Below are positions 47,716-56,620 of a stretch of 64,000 bases of DNA, one piece after another (position 1 is the first letter of the stretch; each line of letters opens with the position of its first letter). Origin of the DNA: an uncultured Eubacteriales bacterium. Its GTDB lineage: Bacteria > Bacillota > Clostridia > Peptostreptococcales > Anaerovoracaceae. The translations under genes were made by a program, and so were the position numbers. The stretch spans positions 4,191 through 68,190 of the forward strand of contig CAJLHL010000001.1 in assembly GCA_905206455.1 (NCBI GenBank). Direction: 5' to 3'. The notes under the pieces were generated by a model. That model searched no databases and was not told the origin of the DNA. It was given only the letters and a program-made list of their open reading frames with translations.

Positions 47716-50226
47716 ATGGATTACAAGAAGCTGAATGACAGTCTGTATTGGACAGGGGTTCTGGACAAAGATCTCCGCGTATTCGACATTATCATGTACA
47801 CGGAATTCGGTACGACGTACAATTCCTATGTTTTAAAGGGAAGTGAGAAGACCGCCCTGTTTGAGAGCGCGAAGGCGAAATTCTTCGACGATTATCTGGA
47901 GACATTAACCCAGATTACGCCGATCGAGGATATCGAATATATCATCGTGGATCACACGGAGCCGGATCATGCGGGCAGCGTGGAGAAACTGCTGGAAATC
48001 AATCCAACGATCAAAGTTGTGGGTTCCGCTACGGCGATCACCTTCCTTCAGCATATCGTCAACAGAGATTTCTATTCTGTAGTGGTGGATGATGGAGATA
48101 CTCTCAGTCTGGGTGATAAGACGATCCGTTTTTACTCAGTGCCGAGTCTTCACTGGCCGGATACGATCTACTCCTATATCGAGGAGGACGGCGTTCTCGT
48201 GACCTGCGATTCCTTCGGTTCCCACTATGCTCATGACGGAATTCTCCGGAGTACGGTTACCGATTACGAAGGGTATATGAGAGCGACAAAATATTATTTT
48301 GACAACATTCTCGGCCCGTTTAAACAGCCTCATATGGCAAACGCGCTGAAGCTGGTGAGAGAAGAACTGAAGCCTGTGATGATTTGTCCGGGACATGGTC
48401 CTGTGCTGGACAGTGATCTGGAAGATCTCTATGAGAAGTATGAGGAATGGTGCGGACAGCCGGCGGAAAATCAGCCGAAGAAAGTAGTGATTCCTTATGT
48501 CAGCGCTTATGGATATACGGCACAGTTAGCGGAAAAGATCGCCGAAGGCGTGAGATCTGCCGGGGATTTTGAAGTGAAGCTGTACGATATGGTGACCGCT
48601 TCGAAAGATGAGGTTCTCGGAGAAATTGCCGGAGCGGACGGAATCCTCTTCGGGACACCGACGATCCTTCAGGAAGCGCTCAATCCGATCTGGGATCTGA
48701 CCATCAACATGTATCCTCCGGTGCATAACGGAAAATATGCGGCGGCTTTCGGAAGCTACGGCTGGAGCGGCGAAGCGGTGCCTCATCTCACCGAACGTCT
48801 GAAGCAGCTGGGTCTGAAAGTGATGGAAGGTCTGAGAGTGAGACTCAAGCCCGATGAAAGAGATCTGATCGACGCTTACGATTTCGGCTGCGGCTTCGGT
48901 TACTTTATGCAGGAAAAAGAACCTCTCAAAGCCATCGAAGGCACAGGATTCGTGAAGTGCATGGTCTGCGGCGCCGTTTTCGACGCATCTGTCACTATCT
49001 GCCCGACCTGCGGCGTAGGGGCGGAAAACTTTGTGCCGGTACAGGTCAATGACGTAACATACAGCAACGACACCGAAAACCGTTATGTCATTCTCGGTGC
49101 GGGTACCGCGGCGCTCAGTGCGGCCACCGCCATCAGAGAAAGAGACGCTTCCGGTTCGATCCTCATGATTTCCGAAGAAGCGGAGCTGCCGTATAACCGT
49201 CCGATGCTGACGAAAAATATGTTTGCGGGTCCGGAGCCGAAAGTCTTCACGATTCACGATAAAGCCTGGTACGAGGAACAGCGGATCGAGCTGATATTCG
49301 GAAAGAAGATCGTATCTCTGGATCCTTCCGCGAAGAAGGTCGTCATGGAGGACGGTCAGGTTTATGAATATGACAAGTGCATCTATGCTCTCGGTTCTCA
49401 TTTCTTCGTTCCTCCGTTTGAAGGACATCAGGATGAGAGAGTGACGACGATTCGCACTCTAACGGACATCGCCAAGGCGGCGGAATTCCTGAAAGACGGT
49501 AAGCAGGCTGTGGTCATCGGCGGCGGTGTCGTCGGTCTGGAAGCAGCCTGGGAACTGAAAAAATATCAGTGTGACGTAACGATTCTCGAGGCGATGCCGT
49601 CACTGATGTCAAATAAACTGGATTCCTCCGCATCTCATATGCTTCAGGAGATCTTTGAGGCAAACGGCATCCGCATTCTGGCGGGCGCTTCTACAAAGAA
49701 GTTTGAAGACAGAAAGATCTATCTTGAAGACGGTACTGTGATTCCGGCGGATCTGGTGGTAGTATCCTGCGGCGTTCGCGCCAACAGCGCGATTGCAGCG
49801 GATGCGGGAGTGGAAATCGGCAGAGCGATTCTCGTCAACGACAGGATGGAGACGAATATTCCGGATCTGTATGCGGCGGGCGATTGTGTGGAATTTGAAG
49901 GCATGAACTATGCGCTGTGGCCGGAAGCGACAGATCAGGGAGAGACCGCAGGTGCGAATGCCTGCGGCGACGAAGCGCACTACCAGTCTCAGATCTTCGG
50001 CATGACGATGCATGTGGCGAATACAGAACTCTACGCCATCGGAAAAACGGCGGGTGCAGAACCGTTCCGTACGGTGGAATTCAGGGATCCGGTGAGAAAT
50101 ACGCTGAAGAAGTATTTCTTCCTGAACAATATTCTCTGCGGCGTGACACTCATCGGAGATACGAGGGATATGATTAAAGTTACGGATCAGGTGAACCGAA
50201 AGACACCTTTTAACGAAATTTTCTGA
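47716..50226 (+). CDS. multidomain (class F-like) flavodiiron protein: metallo-beta-lactamase diiron domain, flavodoxin, rubredoxin-like domain and NAD(P)H:rubredoxin oxidoreductase
   Basis: Carries the diiron motif VDHTEPDHAGS, a flavodoxin segment (VVIPYVSAYGYT), CMVCGAVFD...CPTCG, and an FAD/NAD Rossmann domain (YVILGAGTAALSAA, AVVIGGGVVGLE). Confidence 0.85.
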   Translation: MDYKKLNDSLYWTGVLDKDLRVFDIIMYTEFGTTYNSYVLKGSEKTALFESAKAKFFDDYLETLTQITPIEDIEYIIVDHTEPDHAGSVEKLLEINPTIKVVGSATAITFLQHIVNRDFYSVVVDDGDTLSLGDKTIRFYSVPSLHWPDTIYSYIEEDGVLVTCDSFGSHYAHDGILRSTVTDYEGYMRATKYYFDNILGPFKQPHMANALKLVREELKPVMICPGHGPVLDSDLEDLYEKYEEWCGQPAENQPKKVVIPYVSAYGYTAQLAEKIAEGVRSAGDFEVKLYDMVTASKDEVLGEIAGADGILFGTPTILQEALNPIWDLTINMYPPVHNGKYAAAFGSYGWSGEAVPHLTERLKQLGLKVMEGLRVRLKPDERDLIDAYDFGCGFGYFMQEKEPLKAIEGTGFVKCMVCGAVFDASVTICPTCGVGAENFVPVQVNDVTYSNDTENRYVILGAGTAALSAATAIRERDASGSILMISEEAELPYNRPMLTKNMFAGPEPKVFTIHDKAWYEEQRIELIFGKKIVSLDPSAKKVVMEDGQVYEYDKCIYALGSHFFVPPFEGHQDERVTTIRTLTDIAKAAEFLKDGKQAVVIGGGVVGLEAAWELKKYQCDVTILEAMPSLMSNKLDSSASHMLQEIFEANGIRILAGASTKKFEDRKIYLEDGTVIPADLVVVSCGVRANSAIAADAGVEIGRAILVNDRMETNIPDLYAAGDCVEFEGMNYALWPEATDQGETAGANACGDEAHYQSQIFGMTMHVANTELYAIGKTAGAEPFRTVEFRDPVRNTLKKYFFLNNILCGVTLIGDTRDMIKVTDQVNRKTPFNEIF

Positions 50227-50490
50227 GAACGGAGCGATTCTCCTTTCCCCGGTGATTAGAGCGCGGGGGGATAGCGGTGATGAAAAATCGCTTTTCAGAG
50301 CCGGCGGCGTTTTTTCTCCGCAGGCGAAATAAAAAATTGTGGCAGCGTGCCTTTAGGCCCGGCGGTTTGCAGGAAAGATGCAGTCCGGGCTTAGCCGGCG
50401 CTGTATGCATACTCTGAACAAACAGGTCTGACGGCGTTTCGCTGTAAGTGGAATGCTTGAACAGAGGCAGAAATGATACGGTGAAAAAGC

Positions 50491-50523
50491 GGTGAAATCT
50501 CTCGAAGAGGTTTCACCGTTTTT
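50491..50523 (+). terminator. orphan rho-independent terminator in the FDP-nrdG spacer
   Basis: ggtgaaatctc-tcgaa-gaggtttcacc followed by gTTTTT. It lies 265 nt after the FDP stop and 235 nt before the nrdG start. Confidence 0.65.
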
Positions 50524-50758
50524 CGCGCATTGTTCTCAGATAAGATCTGAAAAGAGATCCGAAGAAGGGAAAAATTATTTCCCGCGGTTCCGTGATCAAA
50601 TTGAATCCTGTCCGTCAGCAGGATATAATAGATTTGATGGCTGTGCAGAACAATCAAAGGGCCGAGGACTCGGATCCGGGAGAACGTCAGAGGAACAGAA
50701 TCTCTGATGCGGGCAGGCAGCTTTTACGAGAGCAGCCCGGTCTGCGGAAAGGAAGAGA

Positions 50759-51283
50759 ATGATGGGAAACGAAATTGAGCTGAAAATCGCAGGAGTCATA
50801 GATGAATCCATCGTGGACGGGCCGGGAATCCGCTATGTCGTCTTCGTACAGGGCTGTCCGCATCACTGTGAGGGCTGTCATAATCCGCAGACACATGATT
50901 TCTCAGGCGGACAGACCGCCGATATCCCGGGGATTCTCGGGGAGATCGACCGGGACCCCATGATTTCCGGCGTGACTTTCAGCGGAGGAGAACCTTTCTG
51001 CCAGGCGCGGCAGCTCTGTGCTCTGGCGGATGAAATCAAACGCAGAAAAAAGGATCTGTTGATTTATTCCGGATATACTTATGAACAGCTGACGGAAATG
51101 GCGGAGGGGGATCAGGCGGTGGCGCATCTGCTGAATACGGCAGACCGTCTGATCGACGGTCCTTTCCTCATGGAACAGAGAGATCTGGAGCTTCCTTTCC
51201 GGGGAAGCCGGAATCAGAGATACATCGATTTGGCCCGATCCCGGGCAGCGGGAGAGGTCGTGCCGGCGGATGAACAGATATAA
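50759..51283 (+). CDS. nrdG: anaerobic ribonucleoside-triphosphate reductase activating protein (radical SAM)
   Basis: VDGPGIRYVVFVQGCPHHCEGCHNPQTHDF and GVTFSGGEP are NrdG signatures. Confidence 0.9.
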   Translation: MMGNEIELKIAGVIDESIVDGPGIRYVVFVQGCPHHCEGCHNPQTHDFSGGQTADIPGILGEIDRDPMISGVTFSGGEPFCQARQLCALADEIKRRKKDLLIYSGYTYEQLTEMAEGDQAVAHLLNTADRLIDGPFLMEQRDLELPFRGSRNQRYIDLARSRAAGEVVPADEQI

Positions 51284-52649
51284 ATTCAGAGACGGCAGGC
51301 AGCTTCGCTGCGGGTACACCACGGGAACCTGTGCCGCAGCGGCGGCGGAGGCTGCAGCCGGATTTCTGCTGACGGGAAAAAAGACGCCGTCTGTTTCGAT
51401 CCTTCTTCCTGCGGGTAGTACGGCGGAGCTTTCCGTGGAATTTTCCGAACTGGAATACGGGGAAGAATTCCAGTTCGCGGCAGCCGGGGCAAGTCTGCCG
51501 GCCGACGCCGAACAGAACCGGAAAATTTTTAACGGCGTTTCGCCGGCTTTCCGTTCCGCCGGGAAAATTACGGGCAGTACCGGAGCGAGATGGAATTCCA
51601 ATGCGGAGAAACGTGCGATGGCGGCTGTCTGCGGCGTGAGAAAAGACGCGGGAGATGACGCGGATATCACCGACGGGATGCTGATCTGTGCCAGAGTGCG
51701 ACTGACGGACCGGAATTTTTTCGCAGGAGAAGAGAGAACGTCTTTTTCGCAGGAAGAGAAAGACGGCATTTTTATCACCGGCGGTGACGGCGTCGGCCGG
51801 GTGACGAAGCCGGGATTGGATCAGCCGGTGGGAGCGGCAGCGGTCAATACCGTCCCGCGGCGCATGATATCCGACGCGGTGAAGAAGATCTGTGACAGAG
51901 AAGGTTACGACGGTATGGTTTTCGTGGAAATTTTTGTTCCCGGGGGCGCGGAGGCGGCGAAAAAGACGTTTAATCCTCTTCTGGGAATCGAGGGGGGAAT
52001 CTCGATTCTGGGAACCAGCGGAATTGTGGAGCCGATGAGCGACAGCGCTGTCGTCGAAACCATCCGGGCGGAGATCCGTGTGAAAGCGCGGGAAAGAGGA
52101 AATTTTCCGGAAAAAGCAACTGAATTTCCCGTTTGTCTGGCGGCCGTACCGGGGAATTACGGGATGAAATTCGCCTGTGAAGAACTGGCAATTTCGGAAG
52201 ACAGGATCGTAAAGTGCAGCAATTTTATCGGCGATATGCTGAATGCCTGCTGGGAATACCGGCTTTCCGGAATTCTTCTCATCGGCAATGCCGGCAAGCT
52301 GATCAAGCTGACCTCCGGCGTGATGAACACCCATTCTTCTCACGCAGATGCCAGAATCGAGACGGTGATCGCCTGCAGTCTGGCGGCGGGAGCGTCTTTG
52401 GATCTCCTGCGGCAGATCAGCGGATGCGTGACGACAGAAGCGGCGTTTTCTCTTTTGTATAAAGAAGGGCTTGCACAGAAAACGATGGATATCGCGGCTG
52501 AGCGTGCGGCGGCTCATATGGCGCGCCGTGTGAGAGATCAGCTGAAAACAGGAGTTATTCTCTTTTCTTCCTCCTCCGGAATCGCCTCTTTCGGAGGGGC
52601 GGCAAAGGGGCTTTTGGAAGAACTGAGAAAGCGGGAAAGGAACAGATAG
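51270..52649 (+). CDS. cbiD: cobalt-precorrin-5B (C1)-methyltransferase
   Basis: Carries LRCGYTTGTCAAAAAEAA, VRKDAGDDADITDG and GISILGTSGIVEPMS. The start overlaps nrdG by 14 nt. Confidence 0.9.
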   Translation: MNRYKFRDGRQLRCGYTTGTCAAAAAEAAAGFLLTGKKTPSVSILLPAGSTAELSVEFSELEYGEEFQFAAAGASLPADAEQNRKIFNGVSPAFRSAGKITGSTGARWNSNAEKRAMAAVCGVRKDAGDDADITDGMLICARVRLTDRNFFAGEERTSFSQEEKDGIFITGGDGVGRVTKPGLDQPVGAAAVNTVPRRMISDAVKKICDREGYDGMVFVEIFVPGGAEAAKKTFNPLLGIEGGISILGTSGIVEPMSDSAVVETIRAEIRVKARERGNFPEKATEFPVCLAAVPGNYGMKFACEELAISEDRIVKCSNFIGDMLNACWEYRLSGILLIGNAGKLIKLTSGVMNTHSSHADARIETVIACSLAAGASLDLLRQISGCVTTEAAFSLLYKEGLAQKTMDIAAERAAAHMARRVRDQLKTGVILFSSSSGIASFGGAAKGLLEELRKRERNR

Positions 52650-52650
52650 A

Positions 52651-53454
52651 ATGTCAGCAGCAATCGTACATTTTGTGGGCGCGGGAAGCGGCGCGCCGGA
52701 TCTGATCACCGTCAGGGGCATGCGTTTGCTTCAGGAAGCGAAAGTCATCGTCTATGCCGGATCTCTGGTTAATCCGCAGCTGCTGCAGTACGCCCCGAAA
52801 GACTGTGAAATTCACGACAGCGCTTATCTCCACCTGGATCAGGTGATCGATATTCTCAGCCGTTCTGCGAAACGGGGACAGAATACCGTGCGCCTGCATA
52901 CCGGCGACCCGTCGATTTACGGGGCCGTACGCGAGCAGATCGATCGGCTGGCGCAGTTAGGCATCGACAGCGACGTGTGTCCGGGAGTCAGCAGTTTTCA
53001 GGGCGCGGCGGCCAGTCTGAAAGCGGAATATACGCTTCCCGGAGTGTCGCAGACGGTGATTCTCACGCGCCTCGAAGGCAGGACACCGGTGCCGGATAGA
53101 GAGAATTTGCGGGAGCTTGCAGCCCATGGCGCATCGATGGCGGTATTTCTAAGCATTTCGATGGCGGATCGGCTGCAGGAAGAACTGCTGGCCTCCGGGG
53201 GTTATGATGAGGATACGCCCTGTGCGGTGGTATATAAGGCTACGTGGAAGGAAGAAAAGAAATTTGTCACGCGGCTGGGAGAGCTGGCGGAGACAGTGAA
53301 AAGTAACGATATCACGAAAACGGCGATCCTGCTGATCGGCGGTTTTCTCGGCGGAGAATACAGTCTGTCGAAGTTATACGACAGGACGTTTACCACAGAA
53401 TTCAGAAAGGGACAGGAGGCATGTGTCAGACAGGAGCCCGGCAAAATAAAATAA
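52651..53454 (+). CDS. cbiF: cobalt-precorrin-4 C11-methyltransferase
   Basis: Carries VHFVGAGSGAPDLITVRG and RLHTGDPSIYGA (tetrapyrrole methylase family). The length and context fit CbiF/CobM. Confidence 0.85.
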   Translation: MSAAIVHFVGAGSGAPDLITVRGMRLLQEAKVIVYAGSLVNPQLLQYAPKDCEIHDSAYLHLDQVIDILSRSAKRGQNTVRLHTGDPSIYGAVREQIDRLAQLGIDSDVCPGVSSFQGAAASLKAEYTLPGVSQTVILTRLEGRTPVPDRENLRELAAHGASMAVFLSISMADRLQEELLASGGYDEDTPCAVVYKATWKEEKKFVTRLGELAETVKSNDITKTAILLIGGFLGGEYSLSKLYDRTFTTEFRKGQEACVRQEPGKIK

Positions 53455-54677
53455 CGCCGGAAAGAAAATGCGGCGGACGCGATGTGATTTACGCTGTATC
53501 GGTGGCGTTTACCGACAGAGGCAAACTTCTGAGCCGAAAAGCTGAGGATGCCTGCCGGAGACGGGCGGACCGGGAAATTCTGTGGAGAGATCTGACGGAG
53601 ATCGATGAAGAAACGTTTCGGAATGCGGACGTGATTTTCTTTTTCTGCGCCTCCGGGATCGCTGTGCGAAAAATTGCGCCGTTTCTCGCAGACAAAACAT
53701 CGGATCCGGCCGTTCTGGTCATCGGAGAGGAGGGAAGCTATGTGATCTCTCTCCTGTCCGGTCATCTGGGCGGAGCAAACCGCTGGACGCGGGAGATCGC
53801 GGGTATTTTGGGCGCGCAGCCTGTCATCACCACTGCGACCGACGGAAGGAAACTGCCTTCCATCGATCTCTGGGCTTCAAAATGCGGATTGTCGATAGAC
53901 GATATAAAGCTGGCGAAGCGGGTGACGGCGTATCTGCTGAAGGAGAACAGTAAATCCGGCTGTTTGGAAACTGCGGATTTTCCGTATCTTTTCGATCAGC
54001 CGGATTCCCGCTGTTCGTCCGCGGAGGCGAGTCTTCTGCCGGCTGCCGCCGGAAAGATCGCCTCTGCCTTGAGAAACGAAAGAGTCGGAGAGGAAGTCTC
54101 CTCTTCGGGTTTTCCTGACAAAGAATACGGCAGGGCGGGAGAAAGAGCGCAATACGCCATCTGCATTACAGAGAATCTTCAGCTGTTCTGCGGCGAAAAT
54201 ACTCTGATTCTGCGGCCGAAACGCTGCGTCCTGGGAGTCGGATGCCGCCGGGGTACAGATGCGGGAAAGATGAGAGAATTTATCTTTGAGTTCCTGAAAC
54301 AGAGCGGGATCGATCCCCGGCTGGTCGAACGGATCTGTTCCATCGACCGGAAAAAAGACGAGGCTTGTATAAAAACAGCGGCGCGCGCGCTGAATGTTCC
54401 TTTTACCGTATTTTCGGCGGAGGAGCTCGCAGCTGTGCCGGGCAGTTTCAGCAGGTCGGATTTTGTAGAAGAGACCGTGGGAATCGACAATGTCTGCGAG
54501 CGGGCCGCGGTCTGCGGCGCCGGTCCGGAGAGCCGGCTGATCGTGAAAAAGACGATTGCTGACGGTATGACGGCGGCCGCTGCTCTGCGGCCGCCTCTGA
54601 CGGAGGACGCTCTGATTCTGACACCGGAAGAATGGCTGAAGACAGCGTCGGGGCAGATCGAAGATATTGAAAGTTAA
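53421..54677 (+). CDS. cbiG: cobalt-precorrin-5A hydrolase
   Basis: Carries FFCASGIAVRKIAPFLADKTSDPAVLVIGEEGSYVISLLSGHLGGAN and the C-terminal CbiG domain. The start is uncertain, since the ATG at 53421 overlaps cbiF. Confidence 0.85.
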   Translation: MCQTGARQNKITPERKCGGRDVIYAVSVAFTDRGKLLSRKAEDACRRRADREILWRDLTEIDEETFRNADVIFFFCASGIAVRKIAPFLADKTSDPAVLVIGEEGSYVISLLSGHLGGANRWTREIAGILGAQPVITTATDGRKLPSIDLWASKCGLSIDDIKLAKRVTAYLLKENSKSGCLETADFPYLFDQPDSRCSSAEASLLPAAAGKIASALRNERVGEEVSSSGFPDKEYGRAGERAQYAICITENLQLFCGENTLILRPKRCVLGVGCRRGTDAGKMREFIFEFLKQSGIDPRLVERICSIDRKKDEACIKTAARALNVPFTVFSAEELAAVPGSFSRSDFVEETVGIDNVCERAAVCGAGPESRLIVKKTIADGMTAAAALRPPLTEDALILTPEEWLKTASGQIEDIES

Positions 54678-54859
54678 GCGGCAGAACGATGGAATTTACT
54701 TATGTATAGTGTATCGCTGTTTTACGATTTAGCTTTGGCGGGCATCGTCGTATTCAGGGAAAACACGCAGTAAGACGCAGTATATTATCTGACTGCGAAG
54801 AATCAAAATATGCAGAAAAATATCCGGCTGTAAGCCAGACGGAAAGACGATATTATTTT

Positions 54860-56611
54860 GTGGCGGACGGAACGGCGGGCGTATCCGGGACAGGGGTCTC
54901 GCAGACCGGAAAAAGTGGGATTCAGCGGCGCGCAGGCAGAACAAACGCCGGCAGATCAGATAGAACGAAAGACAGAAGAGAGATGCGTATTATGGAAAAA
55001 GAGAGAAAAGGAGAACGGGAAAAAGCGGCGGCAGGCAGAGACAGGAAAAGCCCGTACACGGCGAATGCCGCAGATTCGGAGCAAAAGGAAACGATCTTCT
55101 GCGCAGCGGCGGAAGAAAAACCGGAGACAGAAGAAACCCGTTTCTGTGCGGAGAGAACCGGAGGAACGGGATTAAAAGAAAAGACTCCGGATACGGCAAA
55201 AGGAGGAAATGCGGCGGAAGCAGCGGCTTTGTCCGAGGAACGGAAGGGCGTCGATCTGGGAACGGGAAGCACAGGCCGTCTGATGCTGCGGCTGGCCGTT
55301 CCCGCGGTTACGGCTCAGTTCGTGAGTATGCTGTATAATATCGTAGACCGCATTTATATCGGACATATTCCGGAAGCGGGGTCTGCGCCGCTGACCGGCG
55401 TGGGACTTTGTTTTCCTCTGATTACGCTGGTGATGGCATTTTCCTCTCTCGTCTGCGCAGGCGGAGCGCCGCGGGCTGCTATCCGCATGGGACAGAAAGA
55501 CGACGGCGGAGCGGAGCGGATTCTTGGGAACTGTTTCAGCTGTCTGCTTCTGACCGCTGTGATCATCACGGCGGTATATGAGATGGCGGCGGAACCTCTG
55601 CTGAATCTTTTCGGCGGAAGCGAAAATACCCTCCCCTACGCGGTAAGCTATATGCGCATCTATTCTGTAGGGACGATTTTTGTCATGATTTCGCTGGGCA
55701 TGAATCTGTTTCTCATGTCTCAGGGATTTTCCGGCATGAGCATGCTGACGACATTGATCGGTGCAGTGCTCAATATCCTTTTGGACCCGCTGTTTATCTT
55801 TGTCTTTGATATGGGCGTGGAAGGCGCGGCGGTGGCGACTGTCATCAGCCAGGCGGCGAGCGCTCTATGGGTACTTTTATTCCTGACGGGAAAGCGGACG
55901 AAACTGCGTCTGAATAAGACAAATCTGAGACTGCGCAAAGAAATCATCCTGCCTTGCCTGGCTCTGGGTCTGTCTCCTTTTGTCATGCAGAGCACGGAGA
56001 GTCTCCTGAATATCTGTTTTAATGTCAGTCTGATGAAATATGGAGGAGATCTGGCGGTGGGCGCGATGACGATTATCGCCAGTACGGCGCAGCTGCTGGC
56101 GGTGCCTATGATCGGAATCTGCCAGGGCGGTCAGCCGATCATCAGCTATAATTTCGGCGCGGGAAAAAATCAGAGAGTAAAGAAAGTGGTAAAATGTCAG
56201 GTAGCCGCCTGTTTTCTGTATGCGGCGTTTTTCTTCGGAATCGCTATGCTGATACCGGCGGTGATGGCAGGGATGTTTTCCGGAGACCGGGAACTGGTGG
56301 ATTATACGGTGCGCTTTATGCGGATTTATCATACGGGGGCTTTCATGATCGGTGTTCAGATCGGATGTCAGCAGGCATTTATGGCTCTGGGACAGGCGAA
56401 GATCAGTCTTCTTATGGCATGTCTCAGGAAACTGATTCTTCTGATTCCTCTGATCTTTATTCTCCCCGTATTTTTACAGGACGATGTCACGGCTGTATTT
56501 CTGGCGGAACCGGTGAGCGACGTGCTTGCGGCGCTGGTAACCGGCATACTGTTTTTCTCAAAACTTCCGTCGATTTTGAAGAAAGGTCCTTCTGGGCAGG
56601 GAGGAGTTTAG
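54860..56611 (+). CDS. MATE family efflux transporter with a roughly 135-aa charged N-terminal extension (start uncertain)
   Basis: The core begins at GRLMLRLAVPAVTAQFVSMLYNIVDRIYIGHI and has 12 TM helices. The upstream in-frame region is K/E/R/A/G-rich. Candidate starts are GTG 54860, ATG 54983, ATG 54992 and TTG 55229. Confidence 0.8.
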   Translation: MADGTAGVSGTGVSQTGKSGIQRRAGRTNAGRSDRTKDRREMRIMEKERKGEREKAAAGRDRKSPYTANAADSEQKETIFCAAAEEKPETEETRFCAERTGGTGLKEKTPDTAKGGNAAEAAALSEERKGVDLGTGSTGRLMLRLAVPAVTAQFVSMLYNIVDRIYIGHIPEAGSAPLTGVGLCFPLITLVMAFSSLVCAGGAPRAAIRMGQKDDGGAERILGNCFSCLLLTAVIITAVYEMAAEPLLNLFGGSENTLPYAVSYMRIYSVGTIFVMISLGMNLFLMSQGFSGMSMLTTLIGAVLNILLDPLFIFVFDMGVEGAAVATVISQAASALWVLLFLTGKRTKLRLNKTNLRLRKEIILPCLALGLSPFVMQSTESLLNICFNVSLMKYGGDLAVGAMTIIASTAQLLAVPMIGICQGGQPIISYNFGAGKNQRVKKVVKCQVAACFLYAAFFFGIAMLIPAVMAGMFSGDRELVDYTVRFMRIYHTGAFMIGVQIGCQQAFMALGQAKISLLMACLRKLILLIPLIFILPVFLQDDVTAVFLAEPVSDVLAALVTGILFFSKLPSILKKGPSGQGGV

Positions 56612-56620
56612 GATAATTTC

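Noticed and set aside
50227-50758. A cobalamin riboswitch upstream of nrdG-cbiD. I also looked at 44352-44784, 47372-47715 and 54678-54990.
   Set aside because: None of these spacers contains the B12 box or the GCCACUG...GGGAAG core. There are only isolated short resemblances such as gaagggaa and ggtgtgttatcc.
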